A stretch of 32,000 bases of DNA, taken from the NCBI GenBank assembly GCA_024275415.1, contig JAJRZD010000064.1, forward strand, positions 30,001 to 62,000. The letters are read 5' to 3'. A program made the position numbers and the translations under genes. Origin of the DNA: an archaeon. GTDB taxonomy: Archaea; Asgardarchaeota; Thorarchaeia; Thorarchaeales; Thorarchaeaceae. Shown one piece after another: positions 16,514 to 26,978 of this stretch. The notes below the pieces were generated by a model that searched no databases, had not been told where the DNA came from, and was given only the letters and a program-made list of their open reading frames with translations. Position 1 is the first letter of the stretch, and every line of letters begins with the position of its first letter.

Positions 16514-18604
16514 TTGAGGCAGATGCTCATGTCAGGCTATGAGGGAGGCCCTCAGGAGCGATTCGAAGAGTTCCTGCGGACTTACAAAGATGATCAAGGC
16601 AACCTACCCTATTGGACAAAGATACAACGGTTCTCAATCGATGAAGCCACCTCCTTGATTGTAGATTTCCAAGATTTGACTTCTTTTGATAATGTGGTAT
16701 TCAGCACTTTGGCAAAGGAAAACCCTCTACAATTCATGAATACGCTTAATGTTGTATTACGTTCGGTTCTTCGGGCTGAGGATCCGGATTATCTGGATAC
16801 AGTTGACGAATGACTGATTAAGGTTCGGATAATCAATCATCCAAACTACGTATCTTTGCGGGCTATTCGATCTAGACATATTGGTATGCTCATCACCATC
16901 AGCGGTGTGATGATGCGCGCGAGTGAAGTGAAGCCCCTGCTTGTTGATGCGACGTTCAAATGCAGACGATGTGGTGAGGAGCTCTATCAACCTCAAGAAG
17001 ACGGACGTTATATGGAACCAGACCAGTGCACCGTTTGTGGGAAAAAGACCCCTGTCAGACTAATCCCAGAAAAATCAATCTTTCGAGATTGGCAAAAGGT
17101 GAGAATTCAGGAATCGCCCGAGGAACTGCCCCCTGGTCAAATGCCTCGGTCAATCGATGTGGTACTTGAAGGCGACATAGTGGATATCTCTAGACCTGGT
17201 GATTTGGTTAAGATTACAGGCCTTCTCCTAACCACCCCCGATTTCTCAAGGCGAGGCGGTAAACTAGCAACATTCAATGTTTTTCTTCAAGCCAATGGCG
17301 TTGAAATTGGAGATATGGAATACGAACAGGTTGAGCTATCTGAGGAGGATGAAGAAAAAATACGAGAGATGGCCGAGGATCCCTATATTCATGAACGAAT
17401 CTATGCATCAATAGCCCCTTCTATCCAAGGCCATGAACGTATCAAGGAGTCTATTGCATTACTTCTTTTTGGAGGTGTGGCAAAGACGCTCCCCGATGGG
17501 ACGCGCCTCAGAGGCCGGTCTAACATCCTGATGGTCGGAGACCCTGGTACTGGGAAAAGCCAAATCCTGAAATTTGTTTCCAAGCTCGCCTCGCGGAGCA
17601 TATACACATCTGGAAAGGGAACTTCCGCAGCCGGTCTGACGGCCGCCGTAATGCACGATACTGAAACAGGTTCTATGACACTTGAAGCTGGTGCACTAGT
17701 ATTAGCAGATCAGGGAATCGCTTGTATCGATGAGTTTGATAAGATGGATCCAAATGACCGGACTGCAATCCACGAAGCAATGGAACAGCATACTGTCAGT
17801 ATCGCAAAGGCAGGTATAGTTGCTACACTCAATGCAAGAACATCGATTCTAGCCGCCGCAAACCCCACACTGGGTCGATACGAGTCCTCTTTGTCCGTTC
17901 AGGATAATATCAAACTTCCGTTCACAATCCTTTCACGCTTTGATCTCCTCTGGATTTTGGTTGATACTGTTGAGCCGAAGAAAGATAGGGAACTGGCTCA
18001 ATTCATTCTTGGAATGCATCGAACTCAAAAGACCCCTCAACAGCCAGCTACCCCCCCGATCCCTCCAGATTTTCTGAAGAAGTATATTGGCTATGCCAAT
18101 CGATATGTCATTCCGCAGCTGAGTTCTGAGGCAGCAGAGGAGATAGAGAATTACTATGTTAACCTTCGGAAAAGCGCTGAAGGTGGTGCCGCACCCGTTC
18201 CGATTACTGCCCGTCAGCTTGAGGCATTAGTACGATTGTCTGAAGCCCGTGCCAGAATGGCCCTTCGGTCAAAAGTCACCAAGGAAGATGCGCAGGCTGC
18301 TATTCGGCTAATGGAAGAATCGTTGAGGATGGTTGCCTTTGATCATGTGACTGGAAAGATTGACATCGACCGTCTGGTTTCGAAAATGAGCACATCCCAG
18401 AGGAAATCAGCTGATGTGATAATCAAAGTAATGAAAGACATGGAGGCTGAAGGCTCATCGGTCATTAGTGAAGAAGAACTGATAACACGAGTCGAAGCGC
18501 TGGGCATATCACGTGAAAGGGCTGAAAATGCCATCAAAAAACTACTTGCTGATGGAATGCTTTTCAATCCATCTCATGGGAAACTCAAGCGAACACAGAG
18601 TTAG
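16514..18604 (+). CDS. mcm: MCM replicative helicase with one in-frame TGA at 16811-16813 (likely start ATG 16523/16529)
   Basis: ORFs 16514-16813 and 16856-18604 are in the same frame, separated only by the TGA. Zn finger CRRC/CTVC, Walker A GDPGTGKSQ, IDEFDKM, SRFD arginine finger, C-terminal WH. Confidence 0.92.
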
Positions 18605-18629
18605 TAATCATAATATCCGATACTTGGAG

Positions 18630-20864
18630 ATGAACATAACGAATATTGACGAGATTCCGCTCAACAAAAAGATCCTCACTTTGTTACAGCAATCTGGAAT
18701 AACCAAATTGTTCCCACCTCAAACTGAGGTATTTCGGACACCTGTCCTTGAAGGGAAAAACCTTGTATTAGCCATCCCCACAAGTTCTGGAAAGACTCTT
18801 GTTGCAGAAATATGCATGTTAAAAGCAATATCAGAAGGAAAAGGCAAAGCACTCTATCTCGTCCCTCTAAGATCGCTAGCACAAGAAAAGCACACCGAGT
18901 TCAAGAAATACGAGCGTTTGGGAATTATCACCGCCATGTCAATTGGGGATTTCGATTCTAAAGGTTCTCAGTTGAGTGATGCAGATATCATTGTCTTGAC
19001 TACCGAACGAGCGGACTCCATCATTCGCCATCAACCTGAATGGATGAATGACATTGGCATCATTGTCATCGATGAAGTTCATCTGGTTAATGATTTCAAT
19101 CGAGGACCTACATTGGAAATGGTGATAGCAAAGTTGAAGCATCTGCTCCCAGCTGCACAGATTATCGCTCTCAGTGCAACGATTTCCAATGCAGATGAAA
19201 TCGCCGGATGGCTGGAAGGAGAACTTGTTCGGAGTGTTTGGCGACCCGTTGATTTGAAAGAAGGGGTTTACCATGATGGAACAATAAGATTCGAAGACAC
19301 CTCTGAGAGAGCAATACCACGTAGGCGTAATGATACACTTGCAAATCTAGTCTGTGACATCATAGATGAAGATGGTCAAGTGTTGATTTTTGTATCCTCG
19401 CGACGATCGACCGTATCAGTCTGCAGGAACCTCTCAAAGGCAATACGTCCCCTCTTGAGTCCCGAGGTTGCCAATCAACTACATCGCATCGCCACTACAC
19501 TGAACATTGGGCCCTCAACCCCCGCTGCTACTAAAGACCTTGCTTCACTGATGACTAGTGGCATCGCATTTCATCATGCTGGACTTTCCAATACCGAACG
19601 TGCGCTTGTTGAGGATGGTTTTAGAATGAATCTCTTGAAGGCAGTAGTTGCAACTCCTACATTGGCAGCTGGGGTTAATCTTCCTGCAAGGCGCGTCATT
19701 ATCCGTGACTACCGGCGATTTGAGCAAAGCCGTGGTAGCTATCCCATCCCAATTCTAGAATACAAACAGATGGCCGGCCGAGCAGGTAGGCCAAAGTATG
19801 ATCAGTATGGTGAATCCGTTTTAATTGCAAAAACCGAATCCGAACAAGACTTTTTGTTCGAACACTATCTTCAGTCCGAACCCGAACCGATTTCCTCTAA
19901 ACTTGCATCTCAACGAGCTTTGCAGTTCCATCTTCTTTCTGCCATAGCGACACAAATGACTCAAAGCCGCACAGACATCGATGCTCTTCTCGATGGCACC
20001 TTCTATTCCTTCCAATTGGAACGATGGCGGATAACTCATTATGTTGAGCTGGCACTTGATTATCTAGTTCATGGAGGTCTGGTTCAGGTCGACAAGGCTG
20101 GCAATTTCTATGCCACAGCTTTAGGTCAAAGAGCTTCCGAACTGTATATTGACCCCTCAACAGCCATATTATTTCGAGATGCACTGGCCGAAGCTGATGA
20201 ACTTTCGGAAATTGGACTACTCCATCTGATGTGTCATAGTGACTACCAACCCGTATCCTATGTTGCACGAACCGAAGTTGAAGAGATTGATTCCATCAAA
20301 AACGCCAGTGAAGATTACTTCTTGGTGCCTGTACCTGATGGCTGGGATAATCCCGAAGGATACACCCGATTTCTTGCAGAGTTGAAAACAGCACTCGTCC
20401 TACTTGACTGGATTAATGAGATACCCGAGAATACTCTCACTGATAGGTTCAATGTAGGCATGGGTGATGTTCATCGGTACGTCCAATCTGCTGAATGGCT
20501 TCTATATTCGGCATCTGAGATTGCACGAGTATCGAACCTCTCACATCTCATATCCCCCATACAGAATCTCCGCTCACGCATTAAACATGGTGTACGGAGC
20601 GAACTTCTTGAACTTGTGACCCTAAAGGGTATTGGGAGGATTCGTGCAAGAATGCTGTATAATCATGGTGTCAAAGGTTTGATTGATGTACATCATGTTG
20701 CCCAGAGTGAAATTGCAAGGATTCCCAGCATTGGAAACACCCTTGCCGTATCCATCAAGAAGCAGGTCGGAGCAGAAGTAGAGCCCGAACCCTCAAGAAG
20801 TCCCTCTCGACAACTCAGTAAGACCCACTCTGACATCCAACAAAAGATTTCAGACGATTACTAG
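18630..20864 (+). CDS. hel308: Ski2-like SF2 helicase Hel308/Hjm
   Basis: Q motif LFPPQ, PTSSGKT, DEVH, SAT, ATPTLAAGVNLPA, QMAGRAGRP, HhH GIGRIRAR. ATG 18630 follows a GGAG SD. Confidence 0.92.
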   Translation: MNITNIDEIPLNKKILTLLQQSGITKLFPPQTEVFRTPVLEGKNLVLAIPTSSGKTLVAEICMLKAISEGKGKALYLVPLRSLAQEKHTEFKKYERLGIITAMSIGDFDSKGSQLSDADIIVLTTERADSIIRHQPEWMNDIGIIVIDEVHLVNDFNRGPTLEMVIAKLKHLLPAAQIIALSATISNADEIAGWLEGELVRSVWRPVDLKEGVYHDGTIRFEDTSERAIPRRRNDTLANLVCDIIDEDGQVLIFVSSRRSTVSVCRNLSKAIRPLLSPEVANQLHRIATTLNIGPSTPAATKDLASLMTSGIAFHHAGLSNTERALVEDGFRMNLLKAVVATPTLAAGVNLPARRVIIRDYRRFEQSRGSYPIPILEYKQMAGRAGRPKYDQYGESVLIAKTESEQDFLFEHYLQSEPEPISSKLASQRALQFHLLSAIATQMTQSRTDIDALLDGTFYSFQLERWRITHYVELALDYLVHGGLVQVDKAGNFYATALGQRASELYIDPSTAILFRDALAEADELSEIGLLHLMCHSDYQPVSYVARTEVEEIDSIKNASEDYFLVPVPDGWDNPEGYTRFLAELKTALVLLDWINEIPENTLTDRFNVGMGDVHRYVQSAEWLLYSASEIARVSNLSHLISPIQNLRSRIKHGVRSELLELVTLKGIGRIRARMLYNHGVKGLIDVHHVAQSEIARIPSIGNTLAVSIKKQVGAEVEPEPSRSPSRQLSKTHSDIQQKISDDY

Positions 20865-21920
20865 TTAGAAGTGAATTCCCTTTAGCTCTGTTTTCAGCAG
20901 CTCGATGACTCTTCTTGTATGAGCCATACTGGTATCACTCTCCGAATATGAATCAGCAAACAAAGTTATAGGTCGTCCAGATAACTCTTCAATTAGGTTC
21001 AATGACTCCTTTTGCATGACCTCAATATTATAACCTCCTTCGAGGAAATATACAAGACGACCTTGTGAGGATCTCTTTGCCATCTCATGGATTCTTGAGT
21101 TCATCATCGCAAAACCGCTCGTAGTCAATCCTAGGGTTGTTAGTGGATCCATAAAATGGGCATCAAATCCCGATGAAATTAAAATAAATTCAGGCTTGAA
21201 CGATTCAACAACGGGAGCAATGATTTCATCAAAGGCAAGAGCATATGATTCATCACCTGCTCCAGGATACATTGCGATATTGATATTGTATCCCCTACCA
21301 TCACCAGACCCAACCTCCGAAGGTTTCCCCGATCCTGGAAAAAGAGTCCGGCCATCCTGATGCAATCCCACGTACAGGACATCTGAACGCTCATAAAACG
21401 CATTCTGAGTTCCATTCCCGTGATGAGCATCATAATCGATTATCATTACTCTATCAACTCCTCTAATAGAAATCAAATGCTGAGCAGCAACAGCTATGTT
21501 GTTTATGAAACAGAAACCAAAAGCGCGATCTCTCTCAGCATGGTGTCCAGGCGGACGGCATAATACGAACGCGTTTTTTGTTTCTCCGTCCATCACATGG
21601 TCGACAGCCATTATCCCTGCCCCAGCCGCATGGAGTGCTGCATCATAGGTGTACGAATTCACCGATGTGTCTAAAGTGAAATATCCACCCCCACCCTCTG
21701 ATTTTCTTTTCACCTGTTCAATATACTCAATGTCATGCAAAGGACTTATCTCATCAATACTGGCAGGCGTCGGGGTGACAAGAGACACCATATCTTCATC
21801 GATGTTTCCCTCTTTCTTGATGAATTCGAGAGACGCTGTAAGGCGTTCAGGGGATTCTGGGTGGCTAGGTGACAGAATGTGTTTTGTGAAAATATCATGA
21901 AAGAATATCTCAGTGTTCAT
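20865..21920 (-). CDS. Histone deacetylase / acetylpolyamine amidohydrolase family
   Basis: HPESPERL, RPPGHHA, GFCFINN, DYDAHHGNGTQ, GFDAH..DPL, LEGGY. Confidence 0.92.
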   Translation of the reverse strand: MNTEIFFHDIFTKHILSPSHPESPERLTASLEFIKKEGNIDEDMVSLVTPTPASIDEISPLHDIEYIEQVKRKSEGGGGYFTLDTSVNSYTYDAALHAAGAGIMAVDHVMDGETKNAFVLCRPPGHHAERDRAFGFCFINNIAVAAQHLISIRGVDRVMIIDYDAHHGNGTQNAFYERSDVLYVGLHQDGRTLFPGSGKPSEVGSGDGRGYNINIAMYPGAGDESYALAFDEIIAPVVESFKPEFILISSGFDAHFMDPLTTLGLTTSGFAMMNSRIHEMAKRSSQGRLVYFLEGGYNIEVMQKESLNLIEELSGRPITLFADSYSESDTSMAHTRRVIELLKTELKGIHF

Positions 21921-22111
21921 GCAAGATTGCTCCGTTCTTTCTCATCACATGTACAAGCTTTTCCCCGTATATGTTTTGATGCAAAGGGATGCACAACATC
22001 CTTCGAAACAAACCATATTTCTTACCTTGTAGGTGACCATGTGGCAATGTTTATCTTCAAATCGTAATAGGCATTTCCTTGCTTGTGCATTCAATACAAG
22101 CCATTTTGAAT

Positions 22112-22220
22112 GGGCAGGTGGTCTAGATTGGTATGATTCTTGCTTGGGGTTCACCAAGGTGCCATACCTTGGCGAACAATTTGCAAGAGGTCGGGAGTTC
22201 AAATCTCCCCTTGCCCACCA
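22112..22220 (+). tRNA. tRNA-Pro(GGG) with a 32-nt canonical intron at 37/38 (22150-22181); CCA encoded
   Basis: Acceptor stem GGGCAGG/CTTGCCC; anticodon arm CTTGC-TTGGGG^T-GCAAG; intron hairpin CCAAGGT/ACCTTGG; T arm GGGAG-TTCAAAT-CTCCC. Confidence 0.92.
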
Positions 22221-22230
22221 TTTTACTATC

Positions 22231-22800
22231 TCATCGCTCTAGGGGAATCTCCCATAACGTTTCATAAATTGGGCCAGTAGGTGTCAGCGTGCTTTTTTTA
22301 ATTCGAATATTATCTACCCTCATAGTTCCGACCCTGACATCTCTGGTGGATTCCAAATTATCGACAAATCTTTGTCTGTCCCTCACAAATTTGACCCGAG
22401 CAATTGTTGCATGAGGCGTGAACTTCCTCCTTTCTTTCTTATATCCGATGTTTGACAGTAAACTATCTGTCTTGGACTTGAGCTGCTCCATCATTTCGCT
22501 GTTCTCAGCAACTCCGACCCAAACAACACGAGGTTTCTGTATTCTGGGAAACACACCCACCCCTTGTATCAAAATCTCAAATGGTGCGAAGTTAATTGTA
22601 GACAGCTCTAATCTAATTTTCTCAATAGCATCTACTGACAGGTTTCCAAAGAACCGCCATGTGAAATGGATATTGTGGATCTCAACGAATTTCATTTTGG
22701 CAGCGTCGCGATCCAACCTTGATTGAATCTCTCTGATTACAGAAAGTATTAGCTCGTCCTCAATGTCAATGCTAAGAAAGACACGAAGTAGTTCGCTCAA
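22231..22800 (-). CDS. thpR: RNA 2',3'-cyclic phosphodiesterase (2H family)
   Basis: Two HxT motifs (HFTWRF, PHATIAR), RVVWVGV, LKKSTLTPTGPIY-like end. Likely start TTG 22800; the ORF track starts at 22833. Confidence 0.88.
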   Translation of the reverse strand: MSELLRVFLSIDIEDELILSVIREIQSRLDRDAAKMKFVEIHNIHFTWRFFGNLSVDAIEKIRLELSTINFAPFEILIQGVGVFPRIQKPRVVWVGVAENSEMMEQLKSKTDSLLSNIGYKKERRKFTPHATIARVKFVRDRQRFVDNLESTRDVRVGTMRVDNIRIKKSTLTPTGPIYETLWEIPLER

Positions 22801-22913
22801 TCTCAGGTATCTCCTTTTCAATCCGTAATTCAAGCAGCTACATTAGGCTACTGGTCAATGCACCTTAAGATAAGTCTTAAAGCACATGGAGAAAAAGTCG
22901 ATGTGGTGAAAGA

Positions 22914-24047
22914 GTGCAATTGAAAAAGCGCAAGGACTCAGGATTGGACTTACCTACAACATCACGCGAATCGACCAAAAAAGCCGAAAAAAAGAGAAGT
23001 CTTGAGGTTCCTGAGGCAAAAAGGGTAGTCATTCACGATATCGGATATCCCTTTAGATTACGAGGAGATCCCAAACCATCCGGTTTGGAGATTGACAATG
23101 AACAACTCTTTGCAGACTATGCAAGGGAACAATGGGCTGGAAGCATCGTAAAAAAGGGAATGTATCTCTTTGACCGGTATGTCATGCCTGATTTTGCTTT
23201 TCAGGTTATAGAAATCGATCCCCCTGAATCAATAATCACTAGAGATACAGAGATTATTCTGCAATCACAATCAAGGGAATCGAATATTCAAGGGCCAAAA
23301 GTTGAGTTCGATGACATCATCGGCCACGAACCGATAAAACAGAAATGTCGTGTGATATTGAAGTATCTTAGCAATCCCATGGCATTTGGCGAATGGGCGC
23401 CTCGTGCAGTCTTGTTTCATGGTTCTCCCGGTACCGGCAAAACTTTGATGGCACGCGCTCTTGCACACGAGGCCAATGCAGGTATCCTCACCACGAAAGC
23501 ATCAGATTTGATTGGTACACATGTAGGTGATGGAGGACGTCGAATTAGTGCGTTGTTTGAGGACGCTCGAAAGATTGCCCCATCAATCTTATTCATCGAC
23601 GAACTGGACGCGATTGGTCTGGCAAGATCCTTTCAATCAATACGTGGTGATGTTTCTGAAGTTGTAACCGCGCTTCTAGCAGAACTTGATCGAACTGATG
23701 AAGGATCAGGTGTTATAGTGATTGGAGCAACGAATGCTCCCCACCTTATTGATACAGCGATACGAAGCAGGTTCGACTCATCCTTTGAATTCCCACTACC
23801 GAATGCTGAAGAACGGGAATGCATTCTTGAATTGTATGCAAGGAAACTACCCATACCTCTTGTGTGTGACACCCATTATCTGGCTAGGCTAACTGATGGG
23901 TTCTCAGGGCGTGATTTGAGGGACAGAGTCCTTAAAGAAGCATTGCACAATGCCATTGCAACAGGGGCTTCAAAAATCACACTCGACGATATACTCAAGA
24001 CGATTGAATCGGTAAGAACAAGAAAGTCCCCAGAATACACAATCTAA
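22914..24047 (+). CDS. Archaeal AAA+ ATPase (COG1223 type)
   Basis: N-terminal HDIGYPF...YAREQW.G...GMYLFD domain; WAPRAVLFHGSPGTGKT, FIDELD, ATN...D.AIRSRF. Confidence 0.85.
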   Translation: MQLKKRKDSGLDLPTTSRESTKKAEKKRSLEVPEAKRVVIHDIGYPFRLRGDPKPSGLEIDNEQLFADYAREQWAGSIVKKGMYLFDRYVMPDFAFQVIEIDPPESIITRDTEIILQSQSRESNIQGPKVEFDDIIGHEPIKQKCRVILKYLSNPMAFGEWAPRAVLFHGSPGTGKTLMARALAHEANAGILTTKASDLIGTHVGDGGRRISALFEDARKIAPSILFIDELDAIGLARSFQSIRGDVSEVVTALLAELDRTDEGSGVIVIGATNAPHLIDTAIRSRFDSSFEFPLPNAEERECILELYARKLPIPLVCDTHYLARLTDGFSGRDLRDRVLKEALHNAIATGASKITLDDILKTIESVRTRKSPEYTI

Positions 24048-24094
24048 CTCGACAATTAGTCGTCTAGATAACACAGCTGAACGAGAATAGAACG

Positions 24095-24634
24095 ATGGAT
24101 TTAGTAATCATTACAGGTATGCCTGGTGCTGGAAAAGGTTTGTTGGCTGATGCGTTTCGTGTAGCTGGAATTCCAGTAATCGTCATGGGTAATGTTATCC
24201 GGTCTGAAACTAAACGAAGAGGATTAGAACCTAACCCTGCAAATACTAAACAGGTAATGCTAGAGCTAAGACAAAAAGAAGGGCCAGGCGCTGTTGCGAA
24301 GTATTGTATTTCAGAATTAGAACAATACCACTCGCCTACGACTGTAATTGAAGGTTGCAGGAGTCTTGCAGAAATCGATGTATTTGATGACTACGCCGAG
24401 AAGATGACTATAATTGGGGTTCATGCATCTCCTCTCATACGGTTCAAACGATTGATGGAACGTGCTCGACCAGATGCCCCCCCAAATTGGGATGTTTTCA
24501 GGGAACGTGATTTAAGGGAACTATCCGTAGGCTTAGGAGCTGTGATTGCACTAAGCGATATTATGATCATAAATGAATCGAGCATTGAAAAAATGCAAAA
24601 GAACTCGGCTGAGATTGTACAGAGGTTCCTTTGA
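24095..24634 (+). CDS. UPF0200 / dephospho-CoA-kinase-like P-loop protein
   Basis: ITGMPGAGK, MG.VIR.E, IEGCRS..E, RDLRELSVGLG.VIALSD. Confidence 0.8.
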   Translation: MDLVIITGMPGAGKGLLADAFRVAGIPVIVMGNVIRSETKRRGLEPNPANTKQVMLELRQKEGPGAVAKYCISELEQYHSPTTVIEGCRSLAEIDVFDDYAEKMTIIGVHASPLIRFKRLMERARPDAPPNWDVFRERDLRELSVGLGAVIALSDIMIINESSIEKMQKNSAEIVQRFL

Positions 24635-24635
24635 G

Positions 24636-25058
24636 ATGAATACCACGATACGCTGTCCTGTATTTCCAACTGAGGATTTCGATATAATCCTAAACGCACT
24701 GAGAAATCTTTTTCCTACAGAGTTGTTCACACGTCGGAGTGGCGAGCGTGAAACTTGGATTGAAGCAAAATTCTCAAAGCGCCAATCACTTGATACTGTA
24801 AGAACCGCTATCCAAGAGCACAGGATCATTGACGCCGTTAAGCGAGTAATAATGTCCACTTGGACTGGAACCGCTTTCATTCTCAAATTTGACAAACAAG
24901 CTGCTGTTAGAGGAAAAATCAGTATCGTAGACGAGGACGAAGATCCTCCTCTGGGAGCCATTGAACTGTACGTCTATGTGCCCACAGATGAGGACTTTGA
25001 ATACTTTCTTGACTGGTTCACACCTGCAACAAAGGATGGCAGAATCATTCGCAACTAG
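24636..25058 (+). CDS. UPF0201 (DUF54) putative RNA-binding protein
   Basis: VFPTED...I..AL.NLFP, I.E..IIDAV, FDKQAA..GKI, PLG.I; the usual partner of UPF0200. Confidence 0.8.
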   Translation: MNTTIRCPVFPTEDFDIILNALRNLFPTELFTRRSGERETWIEAKFSKRQSLDTVRTAIQEHRIIDAVKRVIMSTWTGTAFILKFDKQAAVRGKISIVDEDEDPPLGAIELYVYVPTDEDFEYFLDWFTPATKDGRIIRN

Positions 25059-26134
25059 AATGATACACAGAATATCTCCCTTATCAACCCACGATGCACG
25101 CGAATCCGGATTTGGTGATGGATATACCCACCCATCTGAAGAAAGAGCGAACCGAGGTTCATTCTGCTATCCCCACACATACAAATCATAGGATTCCCTC
25201 CCACTCTTTCTAGACCTGTAAGAAATGAACTTATCACCTCTACAATCCTTGAGCCATGGGTCGAGCTACTTCGTCCATAAGGCGGATCAGTTACTATACA
25301 CTCGACTTCAAAGAGTGGGGGTGACTGGGCATCACCCTTGATCAAACAGAAGTCTGAATGCTGCAGTGTGTGTAGATTAACTTTTGCACCATTGAGAAGA
25401 CGCCAGTCCAAATCCATCCCTATCACCCTTGAACCTATCCTTGCTGCCTCAATTAGAATGCCCCCCGCTCCGCAGAAAGGATCCAGAACTATCTGTCCTG
25501 GCATAACCCCTGCAAGATTGCACATGACACTTGCGAGAGATACGTTCATCATACTTGGATGGAAAAAAGGCCTGCTCCTATGGGCTAGACTCGTGATATT
25601 TCTATACACCCGTGAAAAAGCAGCTTCACACAAATGTGAACCATCCTTCGTCACATATAGCACAAAAGTCACATCAGGATTAGACAGCGAAACAGGCCAC
25701 TTTGTCACATCTCCAATTTTTTTCCCAATCATTGATGCAATCCGCCCCCTCTCTCCTGCGTCCAACAGAGAATCAAAATCCAACACTCTCACAGCGAATC
25801 GTATATTCTGATTATCGAACTTTGCAAAAGTTAAATCATGAATATTCTGTTCTATATCATAATGGCTCTTGGTCGAGAATAGGAGTTTCCCTCCCATCCT
25901 CATGAGAACCATTCTATCCATCAGAAGATTGAAAGTACTTTCATTGCATTTGACTTTCCCAAACCGATTGTCCCAAACAAATGTAGCTGTTTCTCCGATA
26001 GAACGAGTGAATGATTCGAGTTCGGCCTGTCCAAGGGGAATGTTATCACCACGCAAATAAACACAGTACTCCTGCAATGTCATATCACTCGTAGAGATTA
26101 TCTCCCCCAAGCAATATCCTCTGGAATTCACCAT
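25055..26134 (-). CDS. trm11: tRNA (guanine10-N2)-methyltransferase (likely start ATG 26083)
   Basis: THUMP-like N-terminal region, RPFFHPS, DPFCGAGGILIEA, TDPPYGR. Confidence 0.85.
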   Translation of the reverse strand: MVNSRGYCLGEIISTSDMTLQEYCVYLRGDNIPLGQAELESFTRSIGETATFVWDNRFGKVKCNESTFNLLMDRMVLMRMGGKLLFSTKSHYDIEQNIHDLTFAKFDNQNIRFAVRVLDFDSLLDAGERGRIASMIGKKIGDVTKWPVSLSNPDVTFVLYVTKDGSHLCEAAFSRVYRNITSLAHRSRPFFHPSMMNVSLASVMCNLAGVMPGQIVLDPFCGAGGILIEAARIGSRVIGMDLDWRLLNGAKVNLHTLQHSDFCLIKGDAQSPPLFEVECIVTDPPYGRSSSTHGSRIVEVISSFLTGLERVGGNPMICMCGDSRMNLGSLFLQMGGYIHHQIRIRVHRGLIREIFCVSF

Positions 26135-26849
26135 ACAGAGTTTCGAATCCTATAACTTGTTTGGCTGAAATCGGGATAACTCCTGGGCCACTTCCTATTT
26201 CCCTTATCACTCTCAATATGGCGATGGAATATTCGCGAATCAGTCCCTGTGAGGAATCATCGAGAGCATCCTCAAGCAGATAGGGATCCATCGACCAGCC
26301 GATTATCTCTTCAACTAGTTCATCAGACAGGATATCGGTCTTACTGAGTAGGTTTAACTGAGGCAATCCAAACCGAATATTGATAGACAATCCTAGCAAC
26401 AACGATGATAGGAATCCTGATGGCAACCGGGCAATGTTCGAATCAAGCAGATACAATGAAAGAGCAGAATCCTGTTCTTTGACCCCTGAAACCATAAGCG
26501 GTCCAGAGCTGCGGTATGCGAACAGTTCCATCTGCCCTGGGCAATCCACTAAGACATAATCCCGTCCTAGGTCGACTACTTCTTCTCGGATCTCGTTCAC
26601 ATGTCCCACTCCCATATCGAGCGATGCTACAAGCGCACCATTCGGTCCCAGTCCAAACTGTTGCATTATCTCTCCATAATTGACATAATCACGAATATCA
26701 ACATCTGATGTGTATGGGGGGGATTCGACTCCTGGATCTAGATTCACCACTGCTACACTGATTTCGGAAGAGGCTAGCCATTCCTCTAGAGCTGCAGTAA
26801 GCAATGATTTTCCTGAGCCTGCGGTACCCACGATAAACATGAAGAACAT
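26085..26849 (-). CDS. GPN-loop GTPase
   Basis: GTAGSGKS, VNLDPG, LGPNGAL, DCPGQMELF, SKTD, ISA. Confidence 0.92.
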   Translation of the reverse strand: MFFMFIVGTAGSGKSLLTAALEEWLASSEISVAVVNLDPGVESPPYTSDVDIRDYVNYGEIMQQFGLGPNGALVASLDMGVGHVNEIREEVVDLGRDYVLVDCPGQMELFAYRSSGPLMVSGVKEQDSALSLYLLDSNIARLPSGFLSSLLLGLSINIRFGLPQLNLLSKTDILSDELVEEIIGWSMDPYLLEDALDDSSQGLIREYSIAILRVIREIGSGPGVIPISAKQVIGFETLYGEFQRILLGGDNLYE

Positions 26850-26978
26850 AAAGCATTACAGATTATCAAGTGCTTTGAGTTCTTTGGTTCTTCTATAATC
26901 CTGTATTTTCGTCACTTGACGAAGTTACATGTCTGTTTTGCAATAACTCTTATCTGGACAACCACCTTGTTTCGCGTC

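Noticed and set aside
12288-16813. Genome-wide reassignment of TAG or TGA
   Set aside because: Both codons terminate several genes at their expected C-termini in this window (TAG: gins23, mcm, hel308, UPF0201; TGA: korA, ArsR-HTH, truA, Ig protein 1).
22112-22800. Functional coupling of thpR with the adjacent intron-containing tRNA
   Set aside because: The genes are convergent neighbours only; archaeal tRNA exon ligation is done by RtcB, so adjacency alone is not evidence.
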